Positions 1 to 10,300 of a stretch of DNA of 64,000 nucleotides are shown one piece after another. The stretch covers positions 35,633-99,632 of the forward strand of contig DF237295.1 of NCBI GenBank assembly GCA_000708835.1, given 5' to 3'. Made by a program: the position numbers and the translations under genes. The DNA comes from Klebsormidium nitens. Its lineage: Eukaryota > Plantae > Klebsormidiophyceae. Within the stretch, counting starts at the first letter, position 1; each line of letters opens with the position of its first letter. The notes beneath the pieces were generated by a model. The model was not told the DNA's origin. It did no database searches and saw only the letters and a list, made by a program, of their open reading frames with translations.

Positions 1-69
1 TTCTGGCGTGGGACTCTCCGTTACATGACTTTGGACCTTGTCCAAGCTGACACTTGCAAGATGGCTCAC

Positions 70-1371
70 CTTGTTTTGAATTGAGAAGTTGATGAAGTTG
101 GTATCCACAAGCACTTGATACGGCGGTCCCAGCGCAGTGTTGTACTTGAAGAAGAGGGCGGACGAAACTTGTTGGCTGCGGAGAATGATGTGAAAGTCAG
201 AAACAAATAGTGGTCGGAACACCTTGAAAGGTTCTGCGTGATGAGACAGCTTCCTCACTGTTATATCTGAATCTCAAGCGGTGACACTTGCTAAACCCGC
301 CCCCCCTCCCAAGAAGAAGTGACGAGCATCTTCTTGGCCATGCCAAAAGCCCCTTTCGAGCGCAAATCAAGAGTTACCCCCCAAAGATATCTAAGTTTCG
401 GATTCTAAGGGAGTTTGATCACAAGAATCATCATCTTTTTTGAATGTTACCTGCTGCACTATGTGAGAGTTGTCAGTATAAGTGCGGCAGTGGTTGTCAA
501 CTATGCACAGCAACTTACCGTGCCATTGCATACTTTTGAAAGGCTGCCCGGATGTTGACCGGACACCTCCAGTCTTAACCAGAACATTGACACACCCCTA
601 AGACCCCCCTCCACTTTGTCTTGTACCACCACCCCCTCTACACCCTCTTCAAGTAACTAGCTGTCTGAAACAAATAGAGGGGGTGGATGCTGTCAACTGG
701 TTTCAATCGAAGCAATTGATTAAAAAAGTCAATCGAATCATCCGCAATTGACTTAACATTGTGGCTGACAACTTACACATTTCGAGGAAGCTTGTCATCC
801 TTTTTGCCGGCAGCGAGGGCCTTCTCTTTTTGACTGCAAAAACAAGGACGGACTTTCGATAAATGCAAACTCCTATCATAAAATCATTCATGGCACACCG
901 GCTGCACACACGATGACTCTGTATCCAGAAATATGTTCCTCAGAATCTTGTCTTTGTACAGTGCGTCAAAGCTCTACTTCCATAAACCGCAGCTTTGCAC
1001 AGGACGTCCTACCACCTCCAGTGGGGCTACTTTTGGCACATATACCAAGGCTGATTTGGGCATTGAAGAGAACTCTCTGCATCGCCACCATTACCGAGCA
1101 ATCCAGTATGATGAGCCAATAGATGATCAATCTTGCAGCTGCCAAGAGATGTGGCCAGCGAAACCCTAATGTGAAGCCTTTTACATTCGTTTATGAATCT
1201 ACTATCACAAGAAATACCACTTCTGGCCCTGCAAAAACAACCTCTCACTCCCCAATCCAAGCGGGGTGTCCTTGTCGACTCAGAAAGCATCTCTACTCAC
1301 TCTTTCACATCCTTCAGATTGAGGATGCGCTTGACTTGCGCATACTTCCGCTGTTGCTTTGCCCGCCCCAT
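70..1371 (-). CDS. FCF1: rRNA-processing PIN-domain endonuclease FCF1/UTP24, 5' part (continues off the left edge)
   Basis: Exons 1301-1371, 777-833 and 70-175 have GT-AG borders and consistent phases. They give MGRAKQQRKYAQVKRILNLKDVKDQKEKALAAGKKDDKLPRNVQQVSSALFFKYNTALGPPYQVLVDTNFINFSIQNK, containing the FCF1 hallmark SSALFFxYNTALGPPYxVLVDTNFINFSI. Confidence 0.95.
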
Positions 1372-2376
1372 CGTCCGGGCAAAATCTCTACAGCGAAACA
1401 AAGCAGCTTAAAGGCAGCCCTGACGGCAGACACGTTGCAGGAGGGCAAAACTTTGAACTGTTCTAACAATCTCAGCCGCTGAGCAGATTAGGCTCCACAA
1501 AGCAGTTGGGCGCCGTCTCAGAAGAATTAAACTCATGCAAGCTTACTACCTTCTGAAGAACTTGAAGTTGAATGAAGGCGGACCGGGACAGCCTGCCAGT
1601 GCTTGTGCTCGTCTTGCTGGCGAGGTTGAGGTTGCTGCTTGGTTCCCGATCCAAGTTTAACTATTCTAAAATCTTGTCTCTGGTTTCAGGCCTACATACC
1701 TATACGGGCGGGTACAGGTCTATGAATCTAATACCAGCAGATTTAATGTATTTATCTTATTTTCTTCATATTCATATGGGCGTCAAAACCGGCATATCAG
1801 ATGTCAGAGACGGCAGAGATACAACATTCTTTGAACCAAGCGCTTGATGAAACGGCACATTCGCGGTATTATGGGGTGTGCACCTCATGTCAGCATATTT
1901 TGGGCTCAAAATCTCCTGGATATGCTTGAAAAGTACCTATGAGATTTTACTACGTGTACTTTTTTGTGTTGATTTGTTGTTGGAATTAGAACCTGTTCAT
2001 GAAGCTGCTCAAGCTGGGCAATATCCTTCAACAGAACAGATCAGTGACAGAAGTCGCATTGTGACCAGTTGCATCGCAGAAAGCCTAGGCAGCAGTTCTT
2101 TATTCTGCCACAAAGCCGTTAGCTGTTCCTTTCAAGGCGGAACAAAACCTCGCCGGTCAGTTCTGCGATTGATCCCCATACAATTCCTCAGTTCATTTCT
2201 TTTTATCACCAGATCCAAAACTTTTTGCCCTCAACAACGATAGTCTGGAAAAGCAGGCTCTTGGCCGTAGTTGTCAAGTGAAGATCAAAGCCTCTTGCTA
2301 CCTATCGCTCTAGAAAGCAAGCACAAGGTGCCGTCAGCTCGTAAAGCTGGCGAGGCCTCTTGCACGGGTGAAGTCG

Positions 2377-5300
2377 ATGAAGGAGGTGCGCCGCTACCTG
2401 CGGACTTTGAGGGGCCATAGGGGGCCCCTACTGCGTACCCTATGTTTGATGGCTGGCATTCTGGGGCTGCTCCTCTATCTGACGCGACACCATCACGAGT
2501 TGCACAGCACAAAGCCTTTGTACTTTGTCAGCATTGGTGAGCGAGTGCCAGGAAGTGGTGTCAGCTGAGCTCTGATCAACTTCAATTCAGGACAATACAA
2601 TCAGACTCTGACAGGATCTTGTCTAATTGACCTGTCTTTGGTGAGCTGGATGATGCTGATCTGCTTTTGCCTCAACATCAGGGCCCTCATTGGACGTGCT
2701 TGGCAGCTGAGCTCTCCTTATCAAAGGGCTCAGACGATCTGGGTCAGTAGTATGAATGTGTGCATCGAAAGGAAGGCTGCTTTCTATTGTTTAAGATCTG
2801 CTGTGGTCAAAACAAACAATGGCATTTCCTAAAGTAGCTACTTTTTCCCAAATATCCTCAATGTGCGCGCAAAAGATAGCGTAAGCAACCATGAGCTTGT
2901 GCTCAATGATGCATGCATTGAGACCGTGTCTCTGAGAGAACCAACCGCAAAATGTCTATTTAAAGGTTCAGTGTTGTCCTTTTGAACATCTGCAGGGGAT
3001 TATGGAGCTGGCAACGCGACACAGCAAGCTGTTGCAGACCAGGTATGAGCAGACTCTCTGATAAACGACAATCTTTTCAATTCCGGGCAGCTAGCATGCA
3101 ATTATTTCAATCTCATCATGTGCAGATTCCATTGCAACTAGCCTAGTCACTGCAATCAGTCCCCAATGTTATCTTGCTGCCTCTTAATGAGTATCCCTGA
3201 CCCACTGATCTGTACATGTATAGCTGGCAAAGACAGTGGGGGAGTACGGGGTACAGTTCATACTGACGCTAGGAGACAACTTCTACTCCAGAGGTACAAT
3301 TTTGCAAACTCTTGCTCTACAATCTCTGATTGGAAGTCTGCGGACACAGAGTTCCACTGCACGTTTGCTCTCTGCCTAGACCATACCAAAGTCCCGAGCA
3401 AACCAACTTGCAAGTCTGATATTCGAGGCAAAAGAACGGGGACATTCCGGTGTGCAAAATGATGTTCTAACATGGGAGACGACCAGCTTAACATAGACCC
3501 TCAATCGCCAAGCGGTTAGAAAGGGGATTGTCATATCCGACCAAAGGAGCTGCTGGCACGTCTTACACAGCAACGTGGACTTTGTCTCTTCTCTGGCTGA
3601 GCCAAAGGATTACATAACACTTGTTGTCCGTGAAGGCTGCCCACAAAAAGCGCATGACTAATCAGCGCGTTCGTTTTTCCAGGTGTAACGAGCTTGGAGG
3701 ATCCAATCTGGCAAAAGCGCTTTGAGGTAAGTGTGCGCTCGCATCCGTGTGCAAATCCAAGCTCTGTCGAACTTCTTAACACCAGCTCAATCGCCATACC
3801 ATCTTTGCGTGTCCTGTGCCCCCAACGACCTGATCTGCCTGCTTGGAGCATGTTGAACATTTCGCATCAGCCTAGTGCTTCCAAGTCGCAGGACCCACGT
3901 CTGGCAAGATCAGAAACTGTCGACAATTTCCCCAGAATCTAATAGAGTCTAAACAAGAATCTTCCCCAGAACTATGAAGGTTGCCAATCGGCGTGCATCT
4001 AAATTGCACTTGTCTGGATCTTGAACCAGAGCCTTCGATTCAAGGGGTTATTAGCAGGTTCAATTTGCGAGAGGGTTGTTGAAAAGAGCGCATGTTGGTT
4101 TTGGAACGGTCTTGTTGATCGACTCTTCTAGGTTCTTTCATAAAGCTTGCTTCTAAGAGATAGTCAGGTATATGCTTATAAGGTTAGAAACTGAATCCTG
4201 CTCCTCTTCCCCTCTCCTAACAGGCGGTCTACCACCACCCAAGTCTGCAAGTACCCTGGTAAGTCCCCCTGCTCGGGCCCCGCGTTTTGGACACGAAGTA
4301 GCGCTTGGTTGCAATTCTCCTTTTCCAAAATATCATCTCTGCTCTTGTGGATCGGGAAAGAGGGCTCTCTTTACATTGCTTGGAAGTCCCTGAATTGTAA
4401 ACGGTCCGATCAGTGGTCCGAAACAAAGGACCTCAACGCAGGGGAGAAAAGCGAAAGAGCACCCTGAAGTTCGCTAGAAGTCCTGATTTCAGCACGGCGT
4501 GCTGATGTGACGATGAATTTCCTAAGTCCGTCTTGGGTGCTCAAAAGATTCGACTTACAGAAGCGCCCAGCAGACTGGATACTCATGATTCCGGCTTGAT
4601 TCGCGTCGCCTTTTCACCATATACTTGCAATCAGAAGGGAAACGGGGCATGTAAGCAGTGTCCGCAAGACAAGGGCACTCCCTGCGACCTTCGTTCGGAT
4701 CCGGTCAACAGCTGTATCTTGAACATCCGATCTGCGGATTTGACGACATGCAAGGGAGGATGCCTACGACGAGATTTTGTCACCTTAACAATGTCCTTGA
4801 TTTGTCGATGCGCTTGAATTCAACAGGTCGTGAAGTTTGAAGCTTCGTGGAAGCATCTCGGCGGTCATTTCCAGTCTCCAAGCACCAACTTTGTCCTAAA
4901 CCGAACTCGATTGACTTGGTTAACCGAGCCTCAACCATTAACCAGGTACATAACCTTGGGCGACAACGACGACCGGGACGACAGTGTCGGCGCACCAAGT
5001 CCAACTTCATACCGCAACGGCCTCCTAGGTGATAAACCCAGAGTCACTGCCGCCTGGTTGACGAAGTTTTCCCCATTCACAGGCACTTTATCATGGGCGA
5101 GTACGACCACCGGGGCAACGTGTCGCCGCAGCTCAGAGCAAAAGATCCTCAACCCGCGACTTATTACCACTCTCTTCCTTGACCTTAATTGGGCAGTGGT
5201 CCCACCCGTTCACCGAGCCTTCCACACTAATCAGGAACATAACCCTGGGCGACCACGACGTGTTGGCGCAGCTCAATTCCGAAACTTCTAAATCCTGGTT

Positions 5301-8300
5301 CTTTTTCATTCTTTTGATTTCTTGTCTTCAGCCCCAGTGTTCTCCTCACCTAGCTAACAAAACTTTCCTCACTGACCAGGTACATAACCCTGGGCGATCA
5401 CGACCACCGGGGCAACGTATCAGCGCAGCTGCTCTACACGGAGCGGTCGGAGCGGTGGCACCTCCCCAGCCCCTACTACTTGCAACAGGTGGCGCTCAGC
5501 GAAGAGCGCCACCTGGACATCGTCGTCACCGACAGCATCGCCCTTGAGGTTAGCATGACGTCACCCTTGCTCAAAAGCGTTCAAGGATTTGCTGCAACGA
5601 CGCACGTTCTTAGCCCATTGGGTTGCGACCAATTGACGCTCTTAACATCGATGTCGTCGTGGCATTGCGCTCTCAGTCAGCGTGACATCATCTGCATTGC
5701 CTAGATGAAGATAAAGCCTTATGTATGTGTCGAGCGACGGCACCTCCTATCCTCGATTTCTTTGGCATTCTGAGTAACAAAGCAGTCAGTTTGTTCGATC
5801 TAGGTTTCCAATATAAGCATCGAAGCCTTGACAGCGCGTTTTGAAACGGCAAAAAGAAAAGCGGATTCGCAGAGGCGAAGCTTCTCGACGGACGATGCAA
5901 TGTCCGACCACTTGTACGTACAACCTTTCAGGTTCGATGGCGTCCTACTCCTTGCCCGATCGACAGGGTGGTAGCATCACTTAGGCATTGCTTCGAGCAG
6001 AGGAAATACTAAAAGCCCACGTTATCCTCTGGAAGTCATAGACTTTAGTTTTCTTGTGCAGGGTGCTTTGGCGGTGGGGCCCAAGGAGCGACGCTTCTTC
6101 AACGACTACACGCAGCAGTGGGTGGACGCACAGGTCAGCAGCCGTTCTAGTCCTCGCTTCTCCTTTAGTCCCTCGTTTGTGAGTTTTCACTTGCTTTCTA
6201 CCCTCTTCCTTCGGCTTTTTTTCAGTTCGTAGCTGGTCATTCTCCGCTCTCCCAGAACTACGTTCCTGCTTGTGGGCCCCCGCTTCTAGTTCCTTGCTCG
6301 TTCGATTGTGCTCCTGATCATGAAGCGAGACTTGGCCCTTTGTTCGGGGCCAACGTCCCTCTCATCTCTCCCAGCTGTAATCTGCCTTCAAAGCTGTTGT
6401 TGAAAGGTGATTGCTGTTTCGACTGTTCACGGCATGCTTCCCTATGAAACACTGCCGGGTACCCTGTGACTATGATACAGCGAAGTTGTTCTGGAGGGTG
6501 TTTTTGCGTAGCAGGGATTTGAAGAGGATGTGAACGGTCGATTCCCACCACTCTTTCCCGTTGATAAAAGTTCGGCGGCAGGCAACACAAGTCCAGTCCA
6601 CTGCAGCCCTTCGCTGACCCCTCATCAGAAGACCAGTGCGTGATTTGTCGCCTTCTCCGTCATATTGGCAACTGTCGTGCGACCTAACATTTTAGTTCTA
6701 CCCGGGCACATAAACTAGAAAATATAACCGAGATGAACACTTAGTTTAACCACGCGCTCCGCACCCCAACCCACCCTAAGCAGCTTACGCAACCCCCGCG
6801 TCTCTTGAGCGCCTGTCTTAAGTCACACGTCTCTAAATTCACCCGAGAGTTGTCAGAGTCCTTCCGTCATCCATTATATTTTCGATTCACGCGAAAGGTA
6901 ACACATAGATTATCATTGCCTTGCCGAACGCGGCTCCTTGTGCCCTATACTCTTTCGGACTATCTTATGAACAATGAGCGGCAGGTATAATAAGCTCGTC
7001 AGCCTGGGACGGGTGGGGTTAGTTTGGGGATTAGGGTGGGTACGGGTGCGGAGCAGGTAGATTGTTGGGTTAGGGTTTCAGTGTTAGATGGAGCTTTATA
7101 TACCCTGGCTTTTATTATCCCTAGCTTAGTCCGTCATCTATCCTCGTGCAGGCTGGCAAGGCACACCTAGACTGGCTGGAGGCGACCCTCGCAAACAGCA
7201 CCGCAGACTGGTAGGTCGCCCCCAGCGCCATCCTCGTAGAGACCCTGGGAATAAGTACAGTAGTACTCTCGATTGTATGTTGACTTACGGCTATGTTGAG
7301 TTAGGTCATTCCCTGGGGACGGGTGGGGTTGGTGTGGGGATTTAGGGTGGGTACGGGTGCGGAGCCTGTTAGTTTGTGTTTAGGTTTTTAGTTTGTTTGA
7401 GCCCGGGGACTTGACCTAACATAACATACACCTAACTCAACATGAAATTGAGACCTATGGAGTAAGGCTCCAAATCCTCACCCTTCGGAGGATCTCTATC
7501 CTGCGAGTTGAAGTAGCACAGGCACGAACATACGATATTTTCTGTCAGAGCTTCTGATTGATGTGGGTATGGGAATCTTCGTAAGGACCCATAAAGCGTC
7601 TAGCAGACTCGGAACTCAGGTAGATGCAGAGAGTCTGATTTTCTGAGGGTGCCCCCAAGTGGGCGCCTATGATGTGAGCTTCGAGAAGTCTGACCACAGA
7701 ATCACCGGAACGAATCTCTTAAATTGATCTCATATTGGATCGTTGCAATCTTTACTACGGCTCCGACTAAGCTTTGCCAATCCGATATGCTTTCTTACGA
7801 TATGAGACTGGCCTGACGTCATCGCACGCTCCGTCGATCGCCCAGGTGCATAGTTGCGGGCCACCGCCCCGCCAAAACGGCCGCGGACCGCGACCGTTTC
7901 CGGGGAGACTTCGCCCTCATGGAAGTGCTGCCGCCTCTTCTCTCGCGCCACAGCGTGGTGAGGGAGAAGAACTGAGCCCTTAACCATGCTTGGTTAGGAG
8001 GGGTTAATCAGGCTGGAACCATTTCCGCTTGATAGTGGTGAGCTAAAGGAGACGTCTATTTGGGCAGTTCTCCGGACTCTCACCAAAGTTACATCTAGGA
8101 TTGCGCAACAAGCTACCAAGCTGGTCGGAGCAGCTTCCTCTACGATCGAGACAATCCGTTTTCTTCATGGAATCGAATCTTAGTCAAGCCAACCTTTCGT
8201 AACCCCGATTCGCAGGACGCGTACCTGAGCGGGCACGACCACGTGGGCCAGCATTTTGAGGAGGGGCACGTGCAGTTTCTGGGCAACGGGTTGGGCGGCT

Positions 8301-9514
8301 ACAAGACGCACGTCGTGTCAGCGGACGCGAGCGCGTTGTGGGTCGAGTAAGAATATCAGACATGTTGCAAGAGTCTGTTGTCTGATTCGAGCGCGTTGTG
8401 AATCGTGATATGACTGGGCCGACCAGTCGTCCAAAGGTTTTTGTCTTCCTGATTCCTTGTGGGTGGAGTTATGGCCTTCCCGGAGATTCTTCGCTTTTCA
8501 TCCGAGCGCGTTGTGGATAAAGTAAAAGCAATCAGAAATTCCTACTTTGCCTGAGCCGAGCCCGTTGAGGGTCGAGAAAGCCAGCCAGTCGGTTTCAAGA
8601 GTCTCTTTTCTGATCCGATCTCTCGGGGTGGCCGTTTGGAGTCGATCGTGATTGCCCACGGTAAGAGCGGTTAGCGACTTGTCGTCACAGGATTCGCTTG
8701 CAGTCTGTCTTTCTGCCTGTTCAAGGCATCGCCTTCATTCATCAACTCGCCGAAACGTCATCCGCAAGCTGTGCTACGCAATCGCTTAGTACTGCCGCAT
8801 AACATCTTGATTGACTGCTGAGGAGGTTTGCGACGGGCTCGCCTTTACGTCGGTAAAATCCGATGAACCCTACAATCCATGCTCACAGCCTGCCACTAAA
8901 GGCCCCGGCCAATCTGGTGCCATCGCCAGTTGCAGCTCTTGGCTCGGCGCAGCCAGTGAAGTTCCAAATTACTACTTTGGCGCGGATCACGGGTTGCTGA
9001 TCTTTCCCCTTCCTTCTCGCAGGACCGGCTTCAACGGGTTCCTCCTTCACAAGGTGACAAATAAAGAGTTGGTGAGTGTTCGACCACCAACCGTCTCTTG
9101 CTTGCGTGATAATTACGTCTCTGCATCTTCGTTATACTCGACTGTTTGGAAGAAGAGAAAACAAGCGACGCCGATGAAAGGCTACTTCAAAGTGCACGAC
9201 TGTATGTCATATGAAAGTTTCGAGCAGCACAGAGCTTTCGGCCGCTTGGATGTTGTTTGGAGGCCTTATTTGCCATTTCAGTGTTTGCTTCAACGCGTCA
9301 CAACGTTTGGCCAAACCCCTTCATGTTATATCCTAGCGATTGGGCCAGATTGGATTTTGATTTCGCGTCGACCACCCTTGCTGTCTTACCCGGCAGTGCG
9401 TTTTGAGTGCAGACTTCTTCCTTCATCGACTCAGAAGGGCGAACCAGGTACACGACCAAGATATTGTCACAAAGTAAAAGGAGAGCTAAGCAAGCCGGAC
9501 TTAGATTTATCTAA
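2377..9514 (+). CDS. Purple acid phosphatase / ACP5-like calcineurin-fold metallophosphoesterase with N-terminal membrane anchor (about 349 aa, 12 exons)
   Basis: Exons 2377-2536, 2996-3042, 3224-3293, 3683-3726, 4224-4258, 5380-5548, 6062-6133, 7152-7210, 7846-7957, 8216-8346, 9023-9071, 9413-9514 are in phase (1050 nt). Motifs in order: GDYG, LGDNFY, WYITLGDHDHRGNVSAQL, IVAGHRP, DAYLSGHDH. The start codon is uncertain because the frame is open upstream to 2314. Confidence 0.9.
4935..5290 (+). repeat. Three degenerate tandem copies of the acceptor plus the start of phosphatase exon 6
   Basis: Real junction ccag|gtacataaccctgggcgatcacgaccaccggggcaacgtatcagcgcagct (5380). Copies: ccag|gtacataaccttgggcgacaacgacgaccgg (about 4946), acag|gcactttatcatgggcgagtacgaccaccggggcaacgtgtcgccgcagct (about 5081), tcag|gaacataaccctgggcgaccacgac (about 5237). 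Period about 135-155 bp. Confidence 0.85.
6680..7443. mobile_element. Cluster of three copies of a short non-autonomous (MITE-like) repeat around phosphatase exon 8
   Basis: Core ttagggtgggtacgggtgcggagc at about 7031 and 7342 (+), with an inverted copy at about 6757-6781. The third copy is bounded by a perfect 14-bp inverted repeat, atgttgagttaggt (7293-7306) / acctaactcaacat (7430-7443). No target-site duplication established. Confidence 0.55.
8385..8585 (+). repeat. Degenerate copies of the 3' end and donor site of phosphatase exon 10
   Basis: Real exon end gagcgcgttgtgggtcga|gtaa (about 8329-8350). Copies: gagcgcgttgtgaatcgtgata (about 8389), gagcgcgttgtggataaagtaa (about 8504), gagcccgttgagggtcgagaaa (about 8558). 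Confidence 0.65.
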
Positions 9515-10300
9515 CATGCACATCTACGAGCGGATATATTTGTCGCTCAAATTGATCCCTTTGAATGTTTACTGACGCATTACCTATATAGTTACTAAAT
9601 CGACTTTCTTATATCAAGATATATTCGATGTGCAATTCATCGTCAGCAGGCAAATGTAGGCCTCGCAAAGAGCTTGCATGGTGCCCGTAATGAATATCGA
9701 CATCCGAGCTATAGTGTTTGAACTTAGCTGTTTGGACTAGAGACAAAATCGTACCTGGGTACTCTGCATCGCATCCGACACTCGAAAGGTTCCCATGGAC
9801 ACAGGTTCTAGCCCGCGCCCAATTAAATTAGCCATGGCATGCGCACCGGCAATGCTACGTACTAAATTCTGCGAGTTGGCTGCCCCCATGTATATTTCTG
9901 ATTGAACTGCACCGGCCTGACGTACCATTTATTGCATGCGGGCCAACTGGCCTATCGAGTCTGCTGCGGTACTATTGGTGCAGGGCAAATCTTTAATCGT
10001 ACAAGCAGCACGTCGCAATGCATGCACCCTGCAGAATATCCCTAATCTCAAGATCGCAGATTTCAAGCTAGGCAACAATCTTGCTCTATGTAATCCGTGT
10101 CAACAGAAGAAGATGTGCTCAAGTTGTTGCAACTAAGCGGTCTGACCGACATGAGTCATAAATATGTGCCCCAATGTGTCTTTGCCCTACTTACAGCCCA
10201 AACTCTCTATCTACATGCCAACCACTGACTGTCCAAGCAAAGCATGCGGCAAGCTAGCTGGCCAAAGAAACCTCCTAACCAAACAAAACCAACCGGTCAT

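Noticed and set aside
195-435. Possible C/D-box snoRNA in the FCF1 intron (ATGATGA on the minus strand at about 428-434)
   Set aside because: No suitably spaced D box with terminal stem and no recognisable rRNA guide.
1572-1847. Hydrophobic 91-aa ORF as a first exon of the phosphatase gene
   Set aside because: No convincing donor/acceptor pair links it in phase to the 2314-2536 frame.
7025-7060. TTAGGG as telomeric sequence
   Set aside because: Single unit inside a dispersed repeat, not a tandem array.
8811-9575. 254-aa ORF
   Set aside because: Chance read-through of intron sequence that contains phosphatase exons 11 and 12 in frame.
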